DNA of 64,000 nt from Octopus sinensis (taxonomy: Eukaryota), in the NCBI RefSeq assembly GCF_006345805.1, contig NC_043009.1:36580001-36644000 (forward strand), written 5' to 3'. The notes below the pieces were generated by a model that was given only the letters and a program-made list of their open reading frames with translations, was not told the DNA's origin and ran no database searches. The position numbers and the translations under genes were made by a program. Shown piece after piece: positions 51,501 to 63,168 of the stretch (position 1 is its first letter; every line of letters starts with the position of its first letter).

Positions 51501-54500
51501 TTTTAGCTCATTCATCCAAGAACTACACCAAGTCCTTCTGTCCCTGAAGGTAATTGCTTTAAATACCTCTGAACAACCACATCGAATCTTGTTGGACACA
51601 GATGGCCTGAGGTCAAAGAGGTTAGTGTTAAAGTGAGTTTGAGGTAGTGGAGAGCACACCAGAAAGGGCCTGAAAAGGCTATTCTCTTTTACTCTTTTAC
51701 TTGTTTCAGTCATTTGACTGCGGCCATGCTGGAGCACCGCCTTTAATCGAGCAACTCGACACTGGGACTTATTCTTTTGTAAGCCCAGTACTTATTCTAT
51801 CGGCCTCTTTTGCCGAACCGCTAAGTAACAGGGACATAAACACACCAGCATCGATTGTTAAGCAATGCTAGGGGGACAAACACACACACGCATATATATA
51901 TATATATATACATATATATGACGGGCTTCTTTCAGTTTCCATCTACCAAATCCACTCACAAGGCTTTGGTCGGCCCGAGGCTATAGTAGAAAACACTTGC
52001 TGAAGGTGCCATGCAGTGGAACTGAACCCGGAACCATATGGTTGGTAAACAAGCTACTTACCACACAGCCACTCCTTGCCATAAAAAATGGGTAAGGCAG
52101 ATTGAATAATATAGTCCTAGATACATTGTATTGGAAATATCATGTGACAGTAATATGGAGCTTTGTAACCAAGAAGTAAGTTGTCAGTAAAACTAAAATT
52201 CTAAGACCTGAACTGCTTTATAAGTTGTAAACAGTTTACTTTACAACTGCTGTTAATGTCCTCGAAAATGAGTATAAATGTCACTATATCTCACTTCTTT
52301 TACTAAGCCAATGAGAGAGGCTGTACATAGTTACTCAATTTTCTGGCAATAGTAAGGAGACTTACTCCATACTGTCTTAAAAAAGAAGGACACACTGTTT
52401 GAAAGTGGAAGTTGTCAAATATAATAAGTCATTATCTGAAGGAAACTGAAGCAAGCAGAATGGTAAACACTGTATAAAATCAGTTGTATGGAGTTGAAAA
52501 CAATTAGAAAGTGAATGAATGAAAAAAAAAAGTTGGTCTATCCTTGAAACTCTTATCGCCTTTTGTCAATGATGAAAGTGTTATCCACTTTTAACAAATA
52601 CGTAAATATACAAAATGGTCTAATGCATTGGACTGCAAACAGCTCCTTTGTGTGTTCAACTCTGCTGCAGTCAGTTTAGTGTTTATAAGCTGGATCCTTT
52701 ATACTACTTCCCTTCATCTGATTTGTTGGGAATAGGTACCAGACCATCTGGTGATGTTATGTATGAAAGACTAATATCATATTCAGAGCTAAATGTTAAC
52801 TGTCTTGGCTGTTGCAGTATTAAGAGGTAATTCCATAGAAGCATACCTTCTTTTCAGTTGGCTGGTCACTAGCTTCAGAAGGGTTCGGTTTTGATTTTGT
52901 GGCAGTTTGGTCACTGCCATTAAGGCTGGTTGAAGAGACATCACCAGAAGCATTGGCTGCTGCTGCCTCCCGGCTTTGTGCTTGGCAAGTTTTGAGCACC
53001 ATTGTGGAATGGTAGTTAAAGCGTCGTATTATTGAAAGATTAGCCAGATTTGTGCTGGTCTGCCTCTCCTCATTCATGGCACCATAACCCTAGAAGCAAA
53101 TGAAGTCACATGAAACAGAAACAAAAGAATTATGTTCACAGGCCATTTTAATTCTCAATTAGTTTAATAAATATAATTGATGTAAAATGTTACAATTGAT
53201 CTAAATCATTACAAATAAAATGAAATTTTTCTACATGGTTGTGTGGCTAAGAAGTTTGCTACCCAATTATGTGATGCCAGGTTTGACCCAACTGTAGAAC
53301 ATCTTGAGTATCAAGACTAATTGTTTGGCATCAGAGATGGGTTGAAGAATGTAGTTAACTGAACTGGCACCAGGATGGGAGAAGTTATCAAGTTAAATGA
53401 ACTGACTCTCATTAAATTTGTTCGTTCATTTAAGATTTGTGTTTCCGGTATGGAGTCAGTGTGTGTGTGTGTGTGGTATTTGAGGAAGGAGGTTAAAGAT
53501 GTATCTTGTTGCCAACCCTTGTATTTTCTTATTATTATTGCCGGTGGCATGAAAAAAGCACCCACTACACTCACGGAGTGGTTGGCGTTAGGAAGGGGCA
53601 TCCAGCCGTAGAAACATTGCCAGATCAGACTGGGCCTGGTGCAGCCTTCTGGCTTCCCAGTCCCCAGTTGAACCGTCCAACCCATGCTAGCATGGAAAGC
53701 GGATGCTAAACGATGATGATGATGGTGTTCAAGAGAGCACAGAGTAGCTAGTCAATGTCAAGGAATGCAAACATCATTTCACCACCAAATTCACTCACTA
53801 GTTGGCCAGAAGCTATTGTGGGTGACACCTGCCTGAGGTCTCGAACAGTGGAACTGAACAATTAACCTTGGTAGGACAAAAAGTTCAAATCCATCTGCAT
53901 TTGAACTCAGAATGTAAGGGTAATTAAATAGTGCAAAGCATTTTAGTCTACTGCTTCAACTACTTCTACTACTGATAGAGATGACAGTAACAACTTACCT
54001 CTCCCAAGGATGTATCTTTGATCTGAGTTAAATCCAAGAACGGATTGCACACATTACGATCTATGTCTTGTTTGATCTCTGGAAAAAAAAAAAAAAAGGA
54101 ACATTGATTTCCATCATTAGAATATTTTTTTGTCACAGTGTGAGTTGTTATTCCAGTTGGTGTGTTGCTCTGTTTCTCACTGGAGACCTTTCCTTGTTAA
54201 CTAACGTACAAAGGGCCCCTTTACTCACCAACAATACGTGAAATTTGAACCCAGACAACAAAGAATCGCAATGGATACTGCAAGGTGTTTTGTCTAATGC
54301 TCAGCAATTCAATCATTGCGCCCTCCTGGACTGGTCTTTTATTTATTGATCCCCAAACAGATAAAAGTCAAAGTTGACCTTGGTTGGATTTGAACTTGGA
54401 ATACAGAGAGGTGGAATAAATATTGCAAGACAGCATATCCATCACTCTAACAACTCCACTAATCATCACCACTTTCACTGATATCTAAATGAACAGAAAC

Positions 54501-56345
54501 AATAACTTCATTTAATAAAGCATGCAGCTATTTTAGCTGTTAGTCCACAACAGGTATAGCCAAAAGGCATGAACTTCAATAAATCACTGGTATTTAATGA
54601 GCCCATTTCTACAAATTCACCCAACCTGTTAGAAATAGCAACCAAATCTCTACTTTGGTTTCATAATATCTGCTCCATTTTCTTAAGCAAATGAAAAGTA
54701 TGAAAGTTATAAAGATGTCTGGCAGAAAAAAATACAGAAAATGCCTTCATAATTTGGCTGAATCACATAAATTGACAAGAGATTCTAGTGAAGATTTTGT
54801 CCTTGTGTAGTATATTTGGGACCAAAGGATCCCTGGTAAGGTGTATCACTCTTGCCAGTTGCTTATGGTGCTAGTTGAAGATAGAACTATAATCTAATGG
54901 ATGATACATTCATAATGTAAAACAGGGTTCCAGCTGCTTCTTGTCAATCTGTAACTACAGTCAGGAACTTATTTACAGTTAGGTACAAAAAGGGATTTAG
55001 TAGAAGATTCTAATGATCCAAGTGGTACTGTTCCATAATTGGAAACTGAGTTTTGGGATTTGTTTGTGCAACAGTGGTCTTGATAACCTCATGATTTCAG
55101 GTTTGGTTCCATTGTTTGAGGTCTTGGGTAAGTGTCATCTACTCCTGCCTTCAACTGATACCAGTAGAAAAAGATAACTTTGTTGTTCAACAAAGAGGAT
55201 GGTAAAATAAGTACTTGGCTTTATGAAAATAAGAACAAAATTTAAAGGTAGGCCCTGCTTGGCCACCAGCCAATGATTAATATATTTCTTTACTGCCCAC
55301 AAGGGGCTACACACAGAGGGGACAAACAAGGACAGACAAAGGGATTAAGTCGATTACATCGACCCCAGTTGGAAACTGGTACTTTATTTATCGCCCCCCG
55401 AAAGGATGAAAGGCAAAGTCGACCTTGGCGGAATTTGAACTCAGAACGTAACGACAGACGAAATACGGCTACGCATTTCGCCCGGCGTGTTAACGTTTCT
55501 GCCAGCTTGCTGCCTTTAGCCAATGATTTATAGTAAAAAAGTAAAAGAGAAAATTCTTTTCATTTCTTGTGTACTGCAATATAATTATTTGCAACAATGT
55601 TGCAAATGATAGACAACAGTCATCTCAAGTAAAACCATTTGCATGTATAGTTTACCATAGTTTACAAATATGACTTACCGTCTTCATCATTTTTAGCACA
55701 TTCTGAGAACATATCTTTGTTACCAATATTGATGCGATCACGGTGAAAATAATGGGATTGAAAAAACTTGGTCCAAAATTCATTTTCTGAACTTTTGTGA
55801 GGAACATTTTCTGCATGTTTCTTCTTAACTGAAAATAAAATATTTAAAAGGTTTAATTTCCTCACAGAAATGTTGTTAGTGTGTTAAGGGTTCTCTCTAC
55901 ATACACAAACACAGCATTACATGCATGAGTCGATGCAGGGCTGAGTGATAAGTTCCCTTTGCTGTCATATGGTTCTGTGATGGTTTTCATTGCATGGCAA
56001 CCTTTGGCAAGAATCTTCTACCATAGCCTTGAGTTGGCCAAAGCTTTCTGAGTGAAATCGGGTAGATAGAAACACCACAGAAATTCTGCATATATTTAGC
56101 AATCTGTACAGCTACTCCACCTCTTTCTTTCACTTTGTCTCAGCCATAAAAGTATATATTCTTTTATTTGTTTCAGTTATTTGACTGCAGCCATGCTGGC
56201 ACACTGCCTTTAGTCGCATGAATCGACCCCAGGACTTATTCTTTTTAAGCTTAGTACTTATTCTATCGGTCCCATTTTACCAAACTGCTAAGTTATGGGG
56301 TCATAAACACACCAACATTGGTGGTCAAGCAATGGTAGGGAACAA

Positions 56346-56437
<92 letters not shown>

Positions 56438-59400
56438 ATATATATGTATATACATGACAGGCTACTTTCAGTTTCCGTCTACCAAATCTACTCACAAGGC
56501 TTTGGTCAGCCCGAAGTTATAGTAGAAGACACTTGCCCAAGTTGCTACGCAGTGGAACTGAACCCGGAACCTACCACACAGCCACTCCTGTGCCTATATA
56601 TAAATACACACACACACACACACACACATGTATATCAAATGAAAATACACAAATAAATAACCAAAGAGCAGTTCGCTTACCCATTGGATAAGTCTTAAAA
56701 ATTGATTCTATAACATCTGGTGTAAGGTTGTATCTGAGTCCATTACATCCGTCAGTCTGTGGTTTGATATCTGCCTGGAAACAGAGACAGAGAAAGAAAA
56801 TTGTGTATAAATAAATGTATGTATGCATGCATGCAACCATATTTTACTCAAATCACCAAAAGTATTTAATAAAAATACACACAGATAAATATAATATGCA
56901 TTTAATACACAATTTTCCCTAGTCATAGGAGTATGGTCATGTTTGGGACTAAGTGACCAGAAGTAAGTTATAGTTACGTCCAAGCAAACAGATGCAAAAT
57001 GGAAACTTAAATCAGTATAATTATGCCACAATTCTCTATAATAGTGATAATACATTAAACATTTATTACATTTAATTAAAATGCATTAAAAATATAAATT
57101 TTGTTGCCCACATAAGGGATCATATTGAACAATGTCCGACTCAATAAAGAAAAATTTTGCTTTTAATTTATAGTATGAATGTATGTGTTTATATATATGT
57201 TTGTATATAAACATATATATGTATATATAAGATACTTACTAAAAAAGCAGCAGAAACACCAACAGTTTGATTCTTATCATTATTAGAATTAGAAAATTTC
57301 TGAAAAAGAATTTCAAAATAGAAAAGTATTGTAGTAAAAAGTCGTCCATTCCAAAAGGTTTTACTATAAACTCTCACAGAAATCATAAACAACTTCTTGT
57401 TTACTCAAAACATATTTTATTGAACGTTAAATTCAACTTTCGTAGTCTGCTTTAGAAGCATTATCCTGCGTTTAAGAATAAATTTCCTTATCATCATCAT
57501 TTAGCGTCCGCTTTCCATGCTAGCATGGGTTGGACGGTTCAACTGGGGTCTGTGAAGCTGGAAGGCTTCGTCAGGCCCAGTTAGATCTGGCAGTGTTTCT
57601 ACGGCTGGATGCCCTTCCTAACGCCAACCACTCCGTGAGTGTAGTGGGTGTTTTTTACGTGCCACCTGCACAGGTGCCAGACAGAGCTGGCAAACGGCCA
57701 CGAACGGATGGTACTTTTACGTGCCACGAACGGATGGTGCTTTTACGTGCCACGAACGGACGGTGCTTTTACGTGTCACCGGCACGGGGGCCAGCCGAGG
57801 CTGGCAACGGACACGAACGTGTGGTGCTTTTATGAGCCACCGACACGGGGCCAGACAGAGCTGGCAAACGGCCACGAACGGACGGTGCTTTTACGTGTCA
57901 CCGGCACGGGGGCCAGCCGAGGCTGGCAACGGACACGAACGGATGGTGCTTTTACATGCCACCGACACGGGGCCAGACAGAGCTGGCAAACGGCCACGAA
58001 CGAATGGTGCTTTTACGTGTCACCAGCACAGGCCAGGCGAGGCTGGCAACGGACACGAACGGATGGTGCTTTTACGTGCCACCGACATGGGGGCCAGACA
58101 GAGCTGGCAAACGGCCACGAGCGAATGGTGCTTTTACGTATCACCGACACGGATGCCAGATGAGGCTGGCAGCGGACACGAACGGATGGTTCACTTAACC
58201 CCTGCTTTCTGATATATGATTTGATTTTGATTGTTCTCACTGGTCTTGCCAGGTCTTCTGATGCACAGCATACTTCCATAGGTCTCGGTCTCTGGTCATT
58301 TCCTTGGTGAGACCTAGAGTTCGAAGGTCGTGCTTCACCACCTCGACCCAAGTTTTCCTGGGTCTACCTCTTCCACAGGTCCCCTCAACTGCCAGGGTGT
58401 GGCACTTTTTCACACACCTATCTTCATCCATTCTCACCACATGACCATACCAGCGCAATCGTCTCTCTTGCACACAACATCTGATGCCTCTTGGGTCCAA
58501 CTTTTCTCTCAAGGTACTTACACTCTGTCGACTATGAACACTGACATTACACATCCAATGGAGCATACTAGCTTCATTTCTTGCGAGCTTACGCAAATCC
58601 TCAGCAGTCACAGCCCAAGTTTCACTACCATGTAGCATGGCTGTACGTACACATGCATCATACAGTCTGCCTTTTACTTTGAGCGAGAGGCCTTTTGTCA
58701 CCAGCAGGGGTAAGAGCTCTCTAAACTTTGCCCAGCTATTCTTACTCTAGCAGTTACACTTTCAGCACACCCGTCCCCGCTACTGACTTGGTCACCTAGG
58801 TAGCGGAAGCTATCAACTACTTCTAGTTTTTCTCCCTGAAACATGATAGAAGTTGGTCTCTGCATATTTTCAGAGTTTATTGCTCCTGAGCATCTACCAC
58901 AGATAAAAACTATTTTCCTAGTTAGTCTTCCTTTGACATTACTACATCTCTTATGTGTCCATAGCTTACATTTGGTGCATCTTATAGAGTTTCTACCTAC
59001 GCCTTTTCTACAGATTGAGCAAGGCCATCTACCTGAAGGCGTTTGTGATTGGTCTACCTTCCTACTTATTAGGACTTTGGTTTTGGCTAGGTTGATTCTA
59101 AGGCCCTTCGATTCTAAACCTTGCTTCCACACCTGGAACTTCTCCTCCAGTTCTGATAGAGACTCAGCAATTAGAGCAAGGTCATCAGCATAGAGGAGCT
59201 CCCAGGGGCATCCAGTCTTGAATTCCTCCGTTATTGCCTGGAGGACTATGATAAATAGGAGGGGACTGAGGACTGAACCTTGGTGGACCCCATTAAAGAG
59301 GCAGTAAAACTAAAAAGTAATGAAGGCCCACATAAAAACACCAATATTTCTTCAACATTGCTGTTGCCTCATAAATAGCAAATATTTTACTGTTTGGTAT

Positions 59401-60294
59401 CTCTATATATATAAACAGCAAAATGTCTGTGTGTGTGTCCTTTATACAAATCCACAATTTTTCAGTTAGAGGGCTCGCACTTTCTATGGTCAATTAAAAC
59501 TGTCCAAGGGTGGTCGTGCACATCTTTACATTTCCCCAGTCACCCCACAAAGCCATTAAAAAAGCAATAGAAGTGACTTTTTTGTCAATTTTCTATCCAA
59601 AACCCAATCAAAATACCCGAAACTTGATATGCCAATTGAATGCCAGCTAGCTGTATGTGATTGGTTAGAGATTTGGACAGTACTCGCGTGTATGTGTGCA
59701 CGCATGCAGCTGTATATGCATGCACTAGCACTATGACCTGGCGTTGTTGGGTTATAGTGCTAGTTAATACTACTTCTATTTTTTAACAAGCTTACTGGCT
59801 TTTAGTGACACCAGTGCCTGTTAGGACTCTGTATTTCTATGTATATCACTAGCACAGAAGCTACAGCTATTTCCATTGGTCAGATGCCTGCCATTGACAA
59901 AGCCAAAAGTGGCAGAAATCATGTGACCTGGTAGCCCCGACAGCAGAAGAAGCATTGACTGTCTGCTGCTGCCAATAGCTATGATGTGCTTCTATACATC
60001 AAAAAAACCATATGAGAGTTTTTTTTCTCTTGGTGAATATTGCAGTATTTGTATGTTCTAATGCAACATCCACTTTTAAGTGGTGACTATTTAACTTTTT
60101 GGTACCAATATTTCTTTTGTTGTTTCATATATATATTCTATAATTATAAACATAATTATAATTAGGGGTCAGCTAATTATAATTATGTTTATAATTATAG
60201 AATATTTGTATAATTTTACCTAAAAGATTTATTTTAACGTACCGATCTACTTGGTAAAATTATTAATTAATTAAGTTTACCCTTTTATTATTAT

Positions 60295-60358
<64 letters not shown>

Positions 60359-61686
60359 GCTGAATGGTTAGCCCAGAATTCTTCAGCAGACATCAGCTGG
60401 CTAACAACAAGATCTTTGTAGAGCTGAAAGAGTTTTGGATCTTCCTGCAAAAGTCTGAAAGATAAAAGATAAAAAAGAAATAAAACCCTCTTTACAGGAA
60501 AAAAAAATATATATATATAAAAACGCAACAATACAGCAAAAACAGAGCTTGCAAATTCAGAAATTCTAGTTCAGTACCTCACAAGAACAGAGTTCAAATC
60601 TCACCAGGCTTGATTTTATTACAGACTAGCAGCATAGCCCGGCATTGCCCGGGTATGTAAGAGCCCCTGGAGCAGACATGATGCTCACTGTGAATTTAAA
60701 GAAAATTGCTGCCAATTTGTGAAAGATATTGTTGAAAATATGTCATCTTGAATTTGAACGCGATTTCCCAAAATGGCATGATTTTATCGATTTTTTCTGA
60801 TGGTAAGGTATTGCATGGAAAACTAACGTCAGAATTAAGTTTCTTAGGGTAACATTAAGCTTCACCATGAGTTTGGTGAAAATCGATTGCAAGTTGCGAA
60901 AACTACAACAGAAAATGTGTTGCAAATAAAAAGCTTAGATTCTCGACCCCATGTCGAATATATCAATTTTTTTCAGAACTGGGGGAACTTTTCAAAATTT
61001 TTGCTGCGTTCGTTTTGAATTATGACATTGGGCTATGTGTGTGTCAAGTTTCATCAGAATCGGTTGAAAGCCGTGGTCAGGGTGAGGGTACAACCTGACA
61101 GACACACAGACAGACAAACTGCCGTTTATATATAGAGAGATTCTTAGTGGTGAGAGTATGTATAATACCAGTAATATTCTGAGATCAAATGTATTGGGTT
61201 GAAAACTGTAGATTAGAAAAAAATTAAAGTTAAGGGTGTGAGTTTCATTTCTCACCTGAGGCGAACACACTTCACTATTCTGTCACCTTGCACCATATCT
61301 ACCCATCTCTAAGAAACTATAAGACTGTTATTATTCATAGTGAAAGAAAAAAACAAAAGATGTTACAAGGTCTATTCATTTAACTAGGCTCCTTCTCTCC
61401 CACCTCTCTTCAAAGAAATCGCCAATAATTGTTTATTTAATTCAACAAATTACAACATCATCGTTTATAGTTGTGTAGACTCACTTATTTTTCTCCTCCA
61501 ACTCACTGTTAACCTTCTGTCGAAACTGTGGTAATAATTGCTGGAGAAGTTCCTTAATAGCATCTCTGTCCCTGATTTGCGCTTCACGACCCTGCGAATG
61601 GTTGAAGTGGAACGTGTTGGCTGTGCCATCGTGCATCAAAATCTGTAGCTGAACTTTCTCTTTAGAACCAGGGGAAATTTTTTGTA
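42445..61686 (-). CDS. GTF2H1: General transcription factor IIH subunit 1 (TFIIH p62), 5'-partial, 12 coding exons: 61686-61485, 60454-60358, 57299-57240, 56774-56681, 55828-55679, 54078-53999, 53089-52847, 49914-49708, 48061-47971, 45576-45461, 44003-43911, 42528-42445
   Basis: Hand-spliced in continuous phase: [14 protein letters not shown] (PH-like), [29 protein letters not shown] (BSD1), [42 protein letters not shown] (BSD2), [35 protein letters not shown]. These match the human p62 sequence as I recall it. Confidence 0.96.
42967..43287 (+). mobile_element. RTE-tail element with 12-bp TSD
   Basis: tgtgtttatata at 42955-42966 and 43288-43299. Confidence 0.87.
43911..44003 (-). CDS. GTF2H1: GTF2H1 exon ([11 protein letters not shown])
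   Basis: taccag|GTTGTC ... ATTAAT|gtaagt. Confidence 0.92.
44596..45380 (+). mobile_element. Head-to-tail cluster of about four degenerate family A/A2 SINEs
   Basis: Repeated agctggcag/ggcagaat ... gaggtcaactttg ... agtaccagt ... ggccttgtgc modules separated by (ATT)-rich linkers. Confidence 0.72.
45461..45576 (-). CDS. GTF2H1: GTF2H1 exon ([11 protein letters not shown])
   Basis: ttttag|AAATA ... GAGAAG|gtttgt. Confidence 0.94.
45720..46120 (+). mobile_element. RTE-tail element interrupted by a family A SINE (about 45873-46089)
   Basis: TSD agaatggaaaa at 45862-45872 and 46090-46100. Confidence 0.85.
46600..46880 (-). mobile_element. Old RTE-like LINE C-terminal remnant
   Basis: Minus frame [33 protein letters not shown] resembles the RTE GRPxKTW..xEDL terminus. 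Confidence 0.5.
47422..47962. repeat. ~38-bp degenerate minisatellite, about 7-8 units, interrupted by a SINE
   Basis: Recurrent ggtatgt(t/c)(g/a)atgt.cccaaatata.cagg. Confidence 0.75.
47636..47869 (-). mobile_element. SINE family A with 16-bp TSD
   Basis: atgtaccccaaatata at 47620-47635 and 47870-47885. Confidence 0.88.
47971..48061 (-). CDS. GTF2H1: GTF2H1 exon ([10 protein letters not shown])
   Basis: ctgcag|GTTCTT ... CAAC|gtaagt. Confidence 0.92.
48645..48975 (-). mobile_element. CRE/NeSL-like RLE non-LTR element C-terminal remnant
   Basis: [31 protein letters not shown], then after a frameshift [22 protein letters not shown]. Confidence 0.65.
49257..49689 (-). mobile_element. RTE-tail element with (ATCAAA)n start
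   Basis: Same organisation as 37806-38283; begins about 17 nt after a GTF2H1 donor. Confidence 0.87.
49708..49914 (-). CDS. GTF2H1: GTF2H1 exon ([10 protein letters not shown])
   Basis: tttcag|GCTCGA ... TCTCAG|gtactg. Confidence 0.93.
50480..51640 (+). mobile_element. Decayed CR1/L2/Jockey-group LINE RT remnant
   Basis: [45 protein letters not shown] motifs spread over broken frames. Confidence 0.65.
51683..52080 (-). mobile_element. SINE family B, full length
   Basis: Reverse complement of 18957-19353. Confidence 0.9.
52847..53089 (-). CDS. GTF2H1: GTF2H1 exon ([13 protein letters not shown])
   Basis: ttctag|GGTTAT ... AAGAAG|gtatgc. Confidence 0.93.
53538..53723 (+). mobile_element. 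RTE-tail element
   Basis: gccggtggcatgaaaaaagcacccactacac ... cgatgatgatgat. Confidence 0.87.
53999..54078 (-). CDS. GTF2H1: GTF2H1 exon ([13 protein letters not shown])
   Basis: ttccag|AGATC ... GGAGAG|gtaagt; too short for the ORF track. Confidence 0.9.
55279..55517 (-). mobile_element. SINE family A with 11-bp TSD
   Basis: agccaatgatt at 55268-55278 and 55518-55528. Confidence 0.9.
55679..55828 (-). CDS. GTF2H1: GTF2H1 exon: BSD2
   Basis: tttcag|TTAAG ... GACG|gtaagt. Confidence 0.94.
56160..56594 (-). mobile_element. SINE family B with expanded internal (CA)n(TA)n
   Basis: Family B homology on both sides of a ~110-bp microsatellite at about 56345-56455. Confidence 0.85.
56681..56774 (-). 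CDS. GTF2H1: GTF2H1 exon ([18 protein letters not shown])
   Basis: ttccag|GCAGAT ... ATGG|gtaagc. Confidence 0.94.
57240..57299 (-). CDS. GTF2H1: GTF2H1 exon ([11 protein letters not shown])
   Basis: tttcag|AAATTT ... TTTTTA|gtaagt. Confidence 0.9.
57490..59292 (-). mobile_element. 5'-truncated RTE-clade LINE: RT C-terminal half, C-terminus and 3' UTR with (AB)4 tandem array
   Basis: [67 protein letters not shown]; one frameshift near 58700; (GAT)n tail. Confidence 0.95.
57676..58195 (-). repeat. Higher-order tandem repeat of alternating ~62/61-bp units in the RTE 3' UTR
   Basis: Unit A gccagacagagctggcaaacggccacgaacgg and unit B gccagccgaggctggcaacggacacgaacgg alternate four times. Confidence 0.9.
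59400..59763 (+). mobile_element. Non-autonomous Helitron-like element 1
   Basis: a|TCTCTATATATATAAAC ... ACTAGCACTATGACC-loop-GGTTATAGTGCTAG|t: 5' TC, 3' hairpin plus CTAG, AT target, no TSD. Confidence 0.8.
60358..60454 (-). CDS. GTF2H1: GTF2H1 exon: BSD1
   Basis: tttcag|ACTTTTG ... TCAGCA|gtaagt. Confidence 0.93.
60626..61140 (-). mobile_element. Non-autonomous Helitron-like element 2
   Basis: Minus: a|TCTCTCTATATATAAACGGCAG ... CCCGGGCAATGCCGGGCTATGCTGCTAG|t. Confidence 0.85.
61485..61686 (-). CDS. GTF2H1: GTF2H1 exon: PH-like domain
   Basis: ttctcag|TACAAAAA ... AATAA|gtgagt on -. Confidence 0.93.
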
Positions 61687-62829
61687 CTGAGAAACCACAA
61701 AACAAAATAAATTTAGATTAAAATAAAATCACAAAAAAACTCTAAATATGCTAAATATATTCTTTATTATAACAGACCCCACCACCAATTGCCTAAAATT
61801 GTATACCTCCTTCACTAATTGGTCAACCAGAAAAATACTTTAGAAACAAGTGTAAAGACCTAACATTTTTTTTTTGTTTTACTGCTTTCTTTAACAATTC
61901 CAACAACCAAGTTTACAGACAATTAATCCCACTAGAATATCACCATCATTTTATGTCTATCTTCCATGCTGGCATGGATTGCATAAATTTATATTTACAC
62001 AAAACTTTAGTCAATTCCATCTCCAATCACTGTCAGGCTAGGTTTGAACTTGGAACCTACATTTCTGAATGAAGACAGTAATGTCCTTTATCTACCAAGC
62101 CTAGTTTAGACAATTGTACACTAGAATGAAAAATCCAAGTACAGAACACTAGAATATCCTCCAGTATTGAACCTGGAAAAGTACAGGATAAGCAGGAAAA
62201 AAAAAAAAAACTCTTAAAATATTGCTGCTGAAGTTAGAATTTAAATGTGCTTTTATATTTTTATTTTTATTTAAAATACTCAAGAAGCTATCATTTTCAA
62301 TTTTAGTGAAAAGACCAATTGCTTGCAAGATTATACTTTAAAAAATTGATATTGTATATGAGACCTAAACCTGAAAACAATCTTCTATCTTTTACTGAAG
62401 CCTGGTACTTGTTCTATCGACCACTTTTGCTGAATGGCTAAATTACGGGGACAAAGAAACCAACAGCTGTTGTCAAGTGAAGGTGGGAGGAACACAAACA
62501 TGTACACACATACATATGTGACAGGTAGTTTTGTTTACCAAATTCATTTGAAAGACATTCATCACAGCATGAAGCTAGAGTAGAAGACACTTGCCCAAGG
62601 CACAACATGGTGGGACTGAACATCTGGTTGCAAAGTGAGCTGCTTAACAACACAGCCATGTCTACAGCTAAGCTAAAAATGTTTAGAAAGAGCAATAAAA
62701 ATTTCCTAAAATACAAAAAAAAAAAAAATGACACCTTGTTGAAAAGATTTTTTTTTTTACAATGCCTGCAAGACCAACAGGAGAACATAAGAAACATTGC
62801 AGTGGCTGTTGCTGGTTAAGCCAAGTGAA

Positions 62830-63058
62830 ATCATAATTATGGCCATCGCAGGTGTCATGTAAAAAGTACCCATGCTAGTGGCATGTAAAGAGCACTCATT
62901 ACACTCTTGGAGTGGTTGGTGTTAAGAAGGGCATCCAGCCATAGAAACCATGACAAATCAAACTGGAACCTGATGCAGCTCTCTGGCTTACCAGTTCCAG
63001 TCAAACCATCTAATCCATGCCAGCATGGAAAATGGATGTTAAATGATGATGATTATGA
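62830..63058 (+). mobile_element. RTE-tail element
   Basis: ggagtggttggtgttaagaagggcatccagcc ... gttaaatgatgatgat. Confidence 0.8.
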
Positions 63059-63168
63059 TAAGCATGTGGTTAACTGGCTTAAAATTATCAAAATGACCAC
63101 TTGTGTGCAATAGGTCTACACAACCAGAACTGACCTGGGCATTACATGTTTTTCTTTTTTTTGTTTGA

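Noticed and set aside
57676-58195. CRISPR-like array of palindromic repeats
   Set aside because: The intervening sequences are themselves repeated, so there are no unique spacers. There are no cas genes, and the array lies inside an RTE 3' UTR in a eukaryotic genome.
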